Origin: Amoebophrya sp. A120
Taxonomy: Eukaryota; Protista; Dinoflagellata
Direction: 5' to 3'
Length of the DNA stretch: 64,000 bases
Assembly (NCBI GenBank): GCA_905178155.1
Contig: CAJINV010000005.1
Coordinates: 4,837,394-4,901,393, forward strand
The notes beneath the pieces are model-generated. The model did no database searches and had not been told where the DNA came from. It was given only the letters and a program-made list of their open reading frames with translations. Positions 1 to 12,800 of the stretch are shown piece by piece; the stretch's first letter is position 1, and every line of letters begins with the position of its first letter. The position numbers were made by a program, and so were the translations under genes.

Positions 1-2646
1 AGAGTTCGTGCGCAGCCAGGTAACCGGTCTTCCTTGCTACCATAATGACCGTCTTTCTCGGAGCCTGTCCGCACAGCCGGCCTATGACCTAATTTTGTTT
101 TTAAGCGAAATCAAGTATCGAGGATGAGGGGTGGGGTTCCGACTGTTGGCTTTCGAAGGTTTCCTTCAATCATGTTTTAGTTTCTGCACTTCAAAAATCT
201 GTTTGGGCCATTTTCGGCATATACGCGTTGGTTTGGAACTTGATCCCCTGCAGGTGGGTTGACGTATTCACGGAACTCGGCGGGACGGCGCACGTCGTAG
301 TGTATCCTAGCAAAATTTTGAGACGAGTCAACCTCCAACTTGCAAATGCAAAAATCATTCACAAACACGGCATCGATTCTCAACTGCATCTGCATGCAAG
401 ACGTGACTCATCTGCATGCAAGACGTGACCCCTCAACTGCACCTGACGTGACTAATCTTTCAAACTTTCCTTCGGATACATAAGTTATGAGCTTGTCTGC
501 CCTCCGCGGATCATTTGCTGCCACTTCACTCGCATGCCGGTGCGTGTAGCGTCCCCAAATGAAGCCCTGCAGCTTGGAGTTCAGCGCGCCGCTCAATTGG
601 AGGCCCGTTCCTATATGGTTGCCACTGCAGAGGCGGTTTACCAGGACAGTTGGGTACTGGGACGTAATCGTGTGGAAAGAGCTTACAAAGCCCTCGTTGT
701 TGAGGTTTCCTCCGTTGCTTCCTTTCACGACATGTAGTATTCTGGTGAAATTTCTACATGTTCCAACGTAAGCATAAAACAAAATTGCTCTACAACTTGC
801 AGTCATGTTTGCGATGCCAGTACTACAGAGATGAATCGTGCAGGAGAAAAGTGGCGCTACTGTTCCTGCTCATCCTGATTCTTCGAAGTGGACTGTTTTA
901 TGCAAGGTTGGTCCAGGTAGAATTGTTTCCTTCAGATACCTACGAGCATTTGTGCTGCCACTTGCGGTTGCTTGGGCGTCGCGGTCATCAGCACCACCGT
1001 AGTCCCCTCTTTCCCCGTCGCCGGCGTCTTCTGCACCGCCTCCCGCAGCCGCTTCAATGGCTCCCGGAACCGCTCCTCGACGTCCTTTCTGATCATGTTG
1101 TGGCACTCGTCCATCACCAAAAACTTCCCCGCGTACGGACTCACCGCCGACAACTTGAACTTCAAACACGGGTCAACCGATTTCGTCTTTACCCCCTCGC
1201 GGTCAAATCCGAGCGCGGAGCCCCCCGCAGTCACGTACTTGAAGACGCGGAGCGGCGCCCGTGGTGCGTCGATGCCGGTTGCTTCGCGGAATTCTTTCCT
1301 CCACCCCGCTTTCAGCTTCCCGTTGATGATCTTGCCCTTCAAAGCGACGACGTCGCGGATCTGTCCGTAGGTGTCTTTCGTGATTTTCGGTAGCAATTTC
1401 GTCCAATCCCGGTCCCACTCGTTGTGCCAATTCGGGTTCAAGACCGGCAAACTGGCACAGACGAAATCCCGCCAGCGGGAAGGCCACCGCACGAGTTCTT
1501 TGAACAGATTTTGTACGTGAACTTCTTTTGGAAGAATCAGTACTTTGGTGCGTTGCTTGTAGAAATCGTCGTTCAGTAGCTCCAGTTGTACGTCGCATGA
1601 TCGACGAGAAGTCGTCTGCAAAAGTTATTTTCGAAAAGGTGCTTCACTAGAAACTGGTGCTTCAAAAGCGGTTTCACAGCGTTCCGACCACCCGGAGCTT
1701 TCTTCTGCTGCTCCTCCCTGTCAAATTTCTGGAGCGCTGTTTGCAATTTGGGTCGTAGCCAGTTGTTGAACCCCGGCTCCCCTTGCTGCGGCCGGCCGAC
1801 GATATTGGAGTCCATTTCATCCTCTCCTTCCTCCGACAACTCTCCTTCCGAATCCTGGTCCAACCCCTCCTCATGGTCCATATCGGCTTCGTCGTCGCTT
1901 TCCAAAAACTGGTCCGCAGACTCGACGAGCTTCTTCAAAACCTTTTTCTTGTGCAGCAACTCTCGCCAATTTTTCACGCCGCCATTTTCTTCTATCGACT
2001 TCAGCATCTCCTTCACAAGTTCTGCGTTGTCAAGAAGTTCGGCGGGCAGCGTTGGCTTCTCTGCAGCAGGTGACTGTAGTTGCCCTCCTGCCGCGGCGAA
2101 GTGATTGCTGACTGGCATGGGAGGTACTTCTTCTCTGGGAGACGAGAGGGGCATGTCGACTTTTAGCGAGTCCGCCGCCATAGTGGTCTCTTCGCGCAAA
2201 ATCTCATAGTTGTTCTTTTTTTGGGCCCACTTCGGCGCGGAAGACGAGGAAGCGGATCCCGATCCGGACCCGGCCGACGGTTGCAAAGGTTGTTTCCCAG
2301 AAGACGGCTGCGACTTATGCGCTTGTCGTGCCGGCTGAACGTAGTTCGATTCGTTCCAGGTAGCGTTACTCCAGTTCCCAATCCCATCATACTGATTGCT
2401 CCAGTTCTGATTCTGTCCATTCCAGTTCTGATTATTGTTCCAGTGGTGATTCGCGCTCGAAGACGAAGACGATGAAGACGCTCCCTGTTTATTCGAGCCA
2501 CAGCTTTCCTGCTGCACTGACGTGCTCAGCGGGTAGATGCCTTTACTGTTGAGGAAAGCTCGAAAACCCGGCGAATCCTGCGGCACTGCGGATGACGCAG
2601 AAGGCGCTCCCCCGCGGTACGGACTTCTGCTCCTGTCCTCTGGCAT
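1..2646 (-). CDS. SF2/SNF2-like DExH helicase/ATPase with long low-complexity N-terminus; 3' partial, apparently disrupted at Walker A
   Basis: ORF 1573-2646 ends KHQFLV..RRLLVDHAT (lead-in to motif I). ORF 932-1621 has FLVMDECHN (motif II) and LMTATP (motif III). GxGKT is missing and the frame shifts at about 1590. Further exons probably lie at about 408-740 and beyond the window edge. Confidence 0.6.
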
Positions 2647-3581
2647 GGTTTTTTATCAACGTACTTTACTGAGTTAACACCCGAATCTACGAGGAACAAG
2701 CTGCTACTAGTACACTTCGCCGCACGACTACTATCACGTGTCAAAAAGACTATCGAACCCGAGGCTGTGCTGGTCCAGAACGCGGACCTAAAACAACTTC
2801 CTAACTGCTTACTTACACGATAAAAAAAGCCAAAATAGATTATCCTCCCCACCACTTGACAAAACCAAACTTTCTTTCTTTCAAATATGTCTGGGCGTGG
2901 CGTCAAATGTTCGAGGCCCGAAAAAGATCCTTTGCAAATTCTTGTTCAAACTGCAATAACAATCTAAACCGACCGAAACTTTCTAGAAACATAGATCAAA
3001 TAAACGGAAAGTGATGAACTTGATCCAAACAAAGCGCAGCAACTTAGCGATTTATTTTGTAACTGCCGAAGCGATTGCGTTTTCAAGACATCACAGCACG
3101 ATTCTACCATTGCCCAAAAACGATTTTTTCTCCCCTTTGCTGTCCCTCGGATCATTGCTCCTTTCATCTCTCATTGCTGACGACACGACGAACAGGCGAC
3201 TCCGACATTCTTTTCCCTCTCGGTCCCATTCTTGCGAGGGCAACACGCTTCGGGTGGATCATGTATAAAATAGTCGTCGAAAGGAGTGGTTGTCGAACGG
3301 ATTGCCGATCAGTTTCATCGTTATTTTTGTCGTTGCTGAAGTAGTGGAGGTCGGAGGTACGAAATAATCGTCCTACAGCCAGTACTAGTCAATGAGCAAC
3401 TTTGTTCCGAAAGCGTCGTAATCAGTTGCTCAGATGGAACTACAACGTAGTCGCAGAGCCAGTGTCGCATAAGTTCTCAAAATAGACTCTTGATCCTCCA
3501 GTCGTTTGGTGTGGTAAAAAAGGTTTCCGCCATATATTTTGCGTTCTTCTGATCCTCCCCATACTCCCCAATCCTCCCCGC

Positions 3582-6179
3582 TCAAAACTTCGGCACCGGC
3601 TGCAGCGCGTTCTCGCATCTCGTCAAAGACTGCAAGATGTCGTTTTTCATTTCCCTCACTTTTTCCCCCTGCACGTCCACCTCTCTCCGCGAAAAATCGA
3701 TCCTGACGACGGATTTATCGGTTTGAAAGTTCACTAACCGGTTTTTCTCGTCGATCTTGATCTCCTCGCCGTACGTCTGCCGTAAGTAACTCGTCCACAC
3801 AGACCACAACTTGTTTTCGACCGAGCCGGTATTTCCACTCGGGTAGATCATGTTCGAACTCGCGGATGAATCCATGATCTGCGCGGTCAACGCTTGCACG
3901 GCGATCGGCGATCTCGTGATTTCCAGCGCGCTATCAAATGCAAAAGTGTCTGGGTCTGGAAGAGTGGAAGACTTGTCATGCAGGTTTTCCATGACCCGTG
4001 AGGTCTGTAATGCATGGTCTAGCATCACAGATTTTGAGAGGGCTTCCTGATGCCTGTTCCGCATGAGAAATGCCCTCTCGCCGTGGCAAAAACTGGACTC
4101 CTCTTGCTGGTCATGCATTACAGATTTTTTTCGAATCCGAAGACAGCATCACAAGTTACAACCTTCCAGACCCAGACATTTTTGCATTTGATACGCGACC
4201 AGAACGATGCTGTCGGCCACCATATCCGCGACGGGACTCGCTTTCCAGGAGAGCTCCAAAATCTGGTTTTTCAGCTTCAATCTCACGCAGTTCTGCACCA
4301 GCATTTCGTCATCCTCGACCAAAGCGACGTCCTGATAAATCCCCTCGATCGCCTTGGCGAGAACCGCGAGATTGTTTCGGAACTGGAATTTCTGCGTTTG
4401 CTCGAAGGAACAAACCTCTAATTTCGTGAAAGTTGCTAATTCGTGCGGGGAAATCAAAGACCGGTCACCAAACGCGTCTTCGACCAGAATACCAGAAATG
4501 GTCTTGCTGTTGGAATCGGTTTTGTTCAAAGTAGTGTTGTCTGTTGTAGTGTTCCCTTTATGCCTCTTCGCGATGGGGGAAACAGTGCCGGACTCCGGTG
4601 ATAAAGCGAGTTCATTGGTGGTAGCAAGCTGATCCCCACCTCCGGTCTGCAGTGCGTTGACTGAAGAACTCGGGTTATTCACCGCCGCGTTATAAGCGTT
4701 AATCGCTAATTTTCCCGCGATTGTCACCCCCAAATCCGGTCGGAAGGTTATCGCGACAGACTGCGTGTTCGCGGGGGTGTAGACTTTCAAGGAGTCACCG
4801 TGGTCCGTTCTTAATTTGTTCCGCATCCTGGTCATGTTGGTCTCTTCCCCGTGGACGAGAATCACGTGGTTCGTGCGGATTTCCCGGATAAACGCGGACG
4901 TTTGCGTGTAATCCGAGTGAGCGGAAAAGGAGATGTTGTCAATCGTGCAACGCACGTGGACGATCCGACCATCCGGTAGGTTCAACTGGTCTGGCTGTTT
5001 CTCCAGGTCCTTCGCAATGGTTCCGTCAACCGAATACCCCGTCATGATCACGGCGTTTTCCCGTCCGCCGGCCCACAGTTCGAACAACTCACGAGAAAAA
5101 CCGTTCTGCAACATCCCCGGCGCGGCTAACACCACACACGCGGATCTGGTGTTCACGACTTCAATCGTTTTTTCCCGGTTTTCCGTCCCGATCGATTTGA
5201 CAAACCGCAGCTGCCAAGGATTTTGACCACCCGACTCCATCCCGCGCGCTAAATGCGTAAACGTCTCGAAAATCCGGCTGCACTTCAACGCCATAGGACT
5301 ATTGTAGTAAATCGGCACGTGCTGTAGTTCCGGCGACTTTTGCCAGTGCTCTTCCAACATGAGTAACAACTCCTGCGCCCGGCCCAGGGCAAAGGACGGT
5401 AGGAGAACTTTCCCACCGTTTTTCACCACGGAAACCACCTTCGCCAAAAACCGCGTCTCCCGGATTTTCCGGTCTTCGTGGGATTGCGTGCCATAGGTCG
5501 ACTCCACAATCAGAACGTGAATCCGCATCGGCGGGATTTCGGCCGGCATCAAATGGCGGTCCTCCTCCCGGGAATAATCCCCCGTGTACAACACCCGGAT
5601 TCCCGCGATCTCCACCAAAAACATCGCCGCACCCAGCACGTGGCCGGCGGAAAAACACGTGATCCGCATCCCATCAATGTCAATCACCTGCCGCAGGTCG
5701 ATTAGTTCGATCTTCTGGCAGGTCCGCTCGATGTCCTTGAAGGTGTAGATTAAGTCGTCGTTGTTGATTTTGTTGATCTTACTGTGGTCCTGCCACAGCA
5801 TCTTGCAAATCGATTTTGTCGGATGGGTCATCAAGACTCTGCCCCGGAAATCGGTCCGGTTGACAAAGTATGGCACGGCGCCGGAGTGGTCCATGTGAAA
5901 GTGGGTGATGAGGCACAAATCAATCCGCTTTTTCTCCTCCTGCAGCTTGTCAAAGTAGGGAAGTTGCGCCATACCGGATAAACCCGGGTGAACTCCGCAG
6001 TCGAACATGACAGATTTCCCTTTAAAGCTCATGACGACACAGGACCGGCCGACCTCCTGGCCGGAGCCAAGCGGCGTGATTTCGAGGGTGTCACCGGCGA
6101 TTTCGATGGTGCGCTTCCCGGTTTGGCCACCACCGGTGACCACCGTGGGTGGCGCGGCGTTCGCAGCGGAGGAAGCCAT
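3582..6179 (-). CDS. CPSF3: CPSF73/Ysh1 metallo-beta-lactamase/beta-CASP pre-mRNA 3' endonuclease, 2 exons
   Basis: PLGSGQEVGRSC, THFHMDH, AGHVLGAAMF, YTGDYSREEDRHL, FALGRAQELL and FSAHSD motifs. Removing element 3932-4193 plus 5 nt gives DSIVLVALEITRS and joins ORF 3582-4118. Confidence 0.95.
3932..4193. mobile_element. Introner family A (TIR tatcaaatgcaaaa.tgtctgggtctggaa)
   Basis: About 30-bp TIR; TSD cgcgc/cgcga; inside CPSF73. Confidence 0.9.
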
Positions 6180-7201
6180 CTTGTCTTGTGGTTTTTTGTC
6201 GTTTCTGGTTTATGCGAGTTGTAATTCGAGTTTAGTGTAAAAACTGCTTCAACATCAAGAGGGTCTCGTCGTCAATAAAGCAGAGCTGGATTTCTTGTTG
6301 AAATTCGGCGTGTCGTACTGAAGAATCTGAAAATTCGTTGGAGTCGTCCGTACCTTGCTATCTACTTTCTTTGAATCAATATCTGATGTGTTTTCTATTT
6401 GAAAAACGTGGCGAAATAAGAGCCCACGGACCGCTGAAGTAGAGAAAAAAAGCAGCTTTCAATGGAAGACTTCAGAAACAAAAAGTGATAGCTTCAGAAC
6501 AGAGAACTGTGCTGATCTGTAACGCTAATCGGCGACCGCGAAAAACACTTCGTACTTTGGATCCTATGCTGTGCCTGCACTAATAGAACTCGGGCTGGCC
6601 TCACTGACTAGAGATCTTTCATCGGGTAAAACTGTCAGCAAATAAATAGTAACTGCCATAATATGCTGCAATAGAACACCTTTCCAAAAAATTCTGTTGC
6701 CAGAGAGAAGCGTATGATAGTTCTGCTTCTGTCGTCTATCGACGCTGCTCGTGCCACTGCTTGGATTTTTACAGAGATTTAAGCTTCTCAACTTCTGATC
6801 CTGCGAGTGGAGTCTTTTTCAAATTCAGATGGTGTGGCAGGATATTGTTTCTCTTGTTGTCGAAAGCGCATAAAGGGTGGTGGATACGACAGAACTGCTC
6901 TCATGCGGATCCTATAGTTTGTTGTTCTGTGAAAACTTTCACAATAACATTTTTGATACAAAACAGACTCAAAGGGCGTCGAAGTGTATTAAGCGACAGT
7001 CCCAGAAGGTCGGCCTAATTGTGATAACAAGGCCCCATGAAAGGTACGTGGTCCGATTATGAGAAACGTTGTATCCAATAATGCAAAACAAGAAGTACAA
7101 TGCTCAGTGTGAAATTATATCATGGAAAATAGGTTTGAGAAGCTACGGGTTTGGTAGGGGAGAAAGACGAATGAGAACGAGAAATCATACACCTCCAGCC
7201 C

Positions 7202-8842
7202 TTACTTCGACGTCATTTTGGTCAGCACCAAATGCCCCGGGCTTTTGTTCCTCGCAAACGGCGTCTGCGAACCGCCTATTGCGGACGGGGTGGACGTGTT
7301 GTTCGTTATTCGCAACTCCTGCGGCACCGCGTAGCTGCTGGTCTATGAACTGTAAAAGTATCGTACTCGTATATATAAATGCATGACAAATCTCCTCAGC
7401 ATGAGAAATAAAATTTGTCATGCAGATTTACCTTAAGGAAAAAATTTGTAATGCATCGCTGCGATTACTACGAGTACGATACTTTTGCACAGGATATGGT
7501 CGGTGAACCTGCAACGTCTACGTCCTTTGCTCCTGAAAGGTTAAACTCGAGGTCATCGAGGTTATGCATTGTAAAAGTGTCTGGGTCTGGAAGAGTCATG
7601 CTGTTTTTGCATGACACAGGAGGTCTGGCATGGAAGCTCTAGCATCACAGGTTTCGAGAACCTTCCGCAATGCCGAATCCGCATGACAAGTCGTCTCCTA
7701 TTTTGCTGACAAAAAGTAGGAGCTTTTGCTAAGTATGCATGAGGGACTTTTCTGTGTTCTGAAATACACATCACAAGTTGCATTCTTCCAGACCCAGACA
7801 TTTTTGCATTTGATAGAGGTATAAACCAGACAAATCCGTCTGGCCTCTGTCTCGTCCGGATAAATCTGACATCAACGACTTCTTCTCCCCGCTGCCCTGC
7901 GACTGCAGCATGTCGCTGGATTTCGACCGGGAGGCCATGCGCGCTATGGTAATGGACTGCTGCGATTGCAGCATCATATTTTCGCTATTGTTGTTCCCTT
8001 GCAGAATCGGGGCTGAGTCGCCCTCCGAATAATTCATAGTTCCTTTACTGCTCTCTCCTTCCGCCTGTTTCTTCTTCATCTTTTCGCTTTTTCTCCTGGC
8101 TCGTTCCTCCCGCAGCCTCATAATCTCCTCCGGGTCATCCTCTTGCAAACAGCAAAACACAATTCGCCTCCCTCGCCGTCTGAAATCTTTTTTCGTGCTA
8201 TCCAGATTCGACGCAGACCTTCTTAATTGCACCTTCACGATATGAGTGTGCACAACTCGCTCTCCCCCTCATTTGTAATGCAAAATACCGAATCCACATC
8301 CTGCTTTGAGGCTCTGCCTGCATGCCAAATTTTGGAATCTCAAACAGTACTACAATCGATCCGTGTTCAGATTTGTCATGCGGAAGCGGCATTTCTGCTG
8401 TTGTTTGTGTTGTTGTTCATGCCACACAAATGAGGGGGAGGGGGAGTTGCGCACTTTCATACACGAGTTCTACACCCGCGAAGGTGGTGGCGGTTTGCCC
8501 TGTGTTAGTTGGCGTCGCTGGTGATTGTGCGCCGCTGTCATTTTTCGTCCCATTCGCACTTATTGTTCCCGCTGTGGCGCCCGTTATTCCACCCGTTGTT
8601 GCCCCGCTGGCACTACCAGAACTCGTCGTTGCCCCGGAAGTGGTAAAGCCATTTACCTTATCGGTGGTGCTTCCGCCGGAACTGCTTTCTGCGTCAGGAA
8701 GATGAGGAACGGACTCGTCCTTGGAGAGAACCTTGTTTTCCAGGTTAATAGTCGGCTTTCGCGGCTTCGAGGGATTGTTAGCGTCCGAGCTTTTAGCATC
8801 CTGCTCGCGGGGGGACAGCTGCGCTCTGGTGATTTGGATCAT
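7202..8842 (-). CDS. Hypothetical low-complexity protein with 3 introners; 5' end uncertain
   Basis: In-frame joins ELV|KVQL, LYL|DDLEF and SPTS|SYAV after excision; stop TAA at 7202. The ATG at 8842 follows TTCTAG, so an upstream exon is possible. Confidence 0.6.
7344..7496. mobile_element. Introner family B (TIR tat....tgcaaaagtatcgtactcgta)
   Basis: TSD tggtc/tggtc. Confidence 0.9.
7563..7815. mobile_element. Introner family A
   Basis: TSD gaggt/gaggt. Confidence 0.9.
8241..8461. mobile_element. Introner family C (TIR tatga.agtgcacaactccc...ccccctcatttgt)
   Basis: TSD cacga/cacga. Confidence 0.9.
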
Positions 8843-9807
8843 CTAGAAGTACAACAGGAGGAAATGGAAAATGGGTTCAAAATGTAAATCAAATGCGAAT
8901 GAAGTCGTGGTTTACCGAAAATGAGTCCAAATTTACATCAAAACAGTCAAACTTGTATAAATTTTATCATCATGGTACAACAATCTGTATCAGCACCGGG
9001 GAGATAGTAGATGGTTCTTGTTTGTGAATGCACGCTATGCATTATTGGAGTGGGCGAAGAACCCTGTGGCGAAGATTTTTGTTGTAAAGATTTTGCTTAT
9101 TTTGCACGACACTGCATCTTCCAGGACATCTTCTGTGGCTTACTGATGGATAAAACTTCGGTCCACCGAGAAGTGCCTTTGTTGCTGGTGCTGTCCTGTG
9201 CGTTTGATTACCGAGTGCAGCAGGACGACTAGCCGAGGTAGTTGGAACCGTAGCAGGTGTGTAGTTTTATATACCGACGGGACGTTGCTAAATCAGTCGC
9301 GTCAGATTACAACTTGATGCTCAACCGATCTGATGCCAAAGCATTTGCCTCTTGCTCAAAACACCGACTAACATCTAACACGATCTAATAAACCGACAAT
9401 TATGAAGCCAGAAATTGTGCCAGAACACGTTCAAATCTGTTCTCTTCGCACATTCACAGTCGAGCTTTCATAGGAGCTTTTACGGTATTTCATTTCCTCC
9501 TCGAGTACAGCGTTACATAATCAAGACGGTCAAGAAACTCTTTGCAATTTTGATGACGAATTTGAAAGGTTTTTCAATCAATACGTAAAGACTTTTTTTA
9601 GGAAACGGCACTTACCAGGAAGAACTACTTATAGGGATGGATCTACAAAAGGGTATAAAATTCTTGAAACTGAAAATACGTAGCTCAAATGCAAGAACTG
9701 CATTTTTGAAATGTTACAAAATTCCATCGCGAAACAAGTCGTGCTGTTTGCCTCCGCGCCACAGCTTGTTCTGCAAGATGAAGACCTTCAGAAATAATCA
9801 ACGCTTC

Positions 9808-12800
9808 CTACTTCTTCTTCTTTCCCCCAGAACCTCCCCCTTTCGCCGCTTGCTCCTCCCGCCGTTGCCTCAGTTTCGCCTCTAATTTCGATTCCGTCGC
9901 TTTCAATTCCTTTTTCACGTGCTGCGTCACTTCCGTTGGCTTCCGGATGGTACGTTTTTTCGCGGCCCCGGCGAACGTGTCATCAAATGCGTTCATTTTC
10001 GGGATCATTTTGAATTTTTGCCTTTTCGTCAAGGGGGCCGGACGTTTCGGCGCGAGAACTTTGCGATCGTCGTAGTCATCCACTGCCACGATGGCGGTAT
10101 GAGGGTCGTAGTTTTCAACATCGTCTTCATTATCGCTCTCACGAGCAGCGTCTTCGTCTTCCACCTCGTGGTCCGCCCCGCCTTCAAATTCATTATCATC
10201 CGGGTTTTCATTTTCTTCTGAATCTTCGTCCCCACTAGATTCCTGATGATCATCCTCTGACTCAGAGTCAGACTCAGAATTTTCCTGTTCCTCCATTCCG
10301 TCCTCAAGCGCCGCATTTTCTTCTTGTTCGTCCAGCTTCCTCTTCACAACACTCACCCCACTCGCGTGATGCGTGACCTGCGTGGTCAACTGCGTGAACA
10401 GATTCCTCTTTTCCCTCCCGTGCCTCGATACCCGGAAATCGCCAATTCCGATCTGGTCGTGAATACTTTTCCCGATTTGCAAGTCCACCGTCCCGGTTTC
10501 TGGATTTTTCGCGTTTGCGGCACGGTAGTTGAAATCTTTCACCCGCGACCACTTCTTGTAACCGTCGTGAGCTGCGACGACCTGGTCGTTGGCGGGATTC
10601 ATTTTGTCGTTTGCGAGGACAAGATGTTGGTTTTTGGAGGAACTGGAAATTGCGGAACTGGAAGAGACACGACCTTTGCTCTGCTGCTTGGATGAGGAGG
10701 CGGAAGTACCACCACGGAGATTATGATTGCTCGACTTTTTTTCCATCACGTCAAGATCTTCCTCCGCACTATCCTCTTCTTCTGGCGGGAGCAGGTACTC
10801 CTTTTTCGCTTTCTTCCGCGGCGGGGAGGAGATTTTTTTCTCTTCTTTTGCATCAAATTCCAGAACTTCTTCCTCCTCTTTTATTGTTTCTAGATTCGGA
10901 TTGAAACTCGAGCTTTTGCTGGTTTGCTTCTGCAGGGAGGTCGTCGTGCTGAACAATTTGTTTTTAGCACTTTGCTCCTGCAACTCGATTCCTTTAATAT
11001 CTTCGTCGCTGTTTATTTCTCCGTCGATCTTCTCGTTAAAAAACTCGTCCAACTCCTCGCCAAACTGGATATTTTCATTATTTTCATTCTGACTCTGTTG
11101 CTCCTGTTCCCGGGCAAACTTTGTTTCGAAATCCTCCTCATCCTCTTGTTCGGCGAGATGATGAAACCCAGCACTATTATTCCCAAGAAAGCCGCTGTTG
11201 TCTTCGAAGCTCGCGAGGTCGTTGTCATAAATCTCATGATTCTCATCAACCTCCATCTCGTTCTCCTCGTCACTGTAGTTAAAGTTATCGTTATCCGCGT
11301 CGTCCTCTTTAGCATTATCTTCTACTTCCGAAAAAGCAGTACCACCATCTTCCTCCCCAGCATTCGCCTCCTTTTCCATCTGCCTCAAGGCGGCGAAAAG
11401 CGCGTTTTTCTTTTTCTTCTGCCCGCGCGTCACTATCGTCCCGTCCTTCTTTCGCCACACGCCCTTCCCGATCTTCCCCCGACCTTTAATCGGGCCTTTT
11501 TTCCCTTTTCCCTTCCCGGTGAACAGGAAGAGATTTCGCGCTTCCACCTTATCGGAGTTGCAGCTTTCCTTCGACGATTGGCGGCTGGAATTCGTTGTGT
11601 TCCGCGATTTCCGTCTCTATCCTATGTAAAAACGTCATCATCCCGTAGCTGTAATGCAAATGCGCAATGACAGGAGCATTTGTAATGCACATCTCCATGG
11701 GAGGCATTTATTCCAGTTGTGTTTTGGATTTTGTAATGCTGTAAACAGGATGAGAAAGTGGCTTTCTCATGCGGCTCCCCTTGCTAACAAGCACCACCCT
11801 GCAAATGGAAACTTGTCATGCACAACTCCCTAAGCCTGGAGATTTGTCTAGCAGACTTCCCATCTTGACTATGGGGTGGGGACGTTTTTCCTCACAATAG
11901 CCTCCCGGCGACCTTCAACGGGTCAAAATCGTGAATCCGCTGCAGCATGTATTCTGAATAAAAACATCCCCACCCCAGAGTTGTGTCATGCAAATCTGCA
12001 TGCCAAAAAAGTTTCTCATGCGAAGCCACATGAGAAGCGTTTTTTAGTTGTGTTTTGGGATAATTTGTGATGCTACAAGTAGCATGATAAGCTAGATCTG
12101 TGATGCTGACAAACTAATCTAAACAGGATTACACCACGAGGGCAAGAAACTTGTCATGCGAAACAACCAAAGTTGCCTGATTTGTCTAGCAGATTTTCCA
12201 TGCTGACTCTGGTATATGGGGACGTTTTTACTCAGGATAGCATGTAAACTTTCTCAATCGCCTTCTCCCTCGCGTCCGCAAGCTCGGTAACCGTGAACCC
12301 GCCGTGCTTTAGGTAGGCGTATTTAATCGAAATTTTGTCACTGAGTTCTCCCTTCGTGGTGGTCGTCGTGTGGTTATCATTATTTTCCGCCGCGGCTAGA
12401 CACTCCTTCTCGTAGTTCAACCGCTCACTATCCAATTCATTCTTCACCGGGTACACTTTTTCATCCAGGAAACAAACCCCAGAATCGATAAACCGCGCCC
12501 ACCAGTAGCCGGGGGATATGCATTGCAAATATGTCTGGGTCTGGTCATGCTTGCCTGGCATGACTGAAGAGTTTGTCATGCGTGTCCAAGAAGAGGCCCT
12601 TTTGCTTGTCATGCAAAAGTAGAACGCAGTTTGTTATGCGGAAAGCGCAACACCAAGCAGCGCAAATATTTCTCATGCTTCGCTGTGCATTACAGACAAC
12701 TCACTACTCACAACTCAGCATTACAAGTTTCCAGACACAGACATAGTTGCACTTGATATGGGACAGCGGTAAGCAAGTGCCCGCAGCCGTGGTCCGCACG

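Noticed and set aside
388-430. Short tandem duplication catctgcatgcaagacgtgac twice
   Set aside because: Only two units, probably intronic slippage; no further structure.
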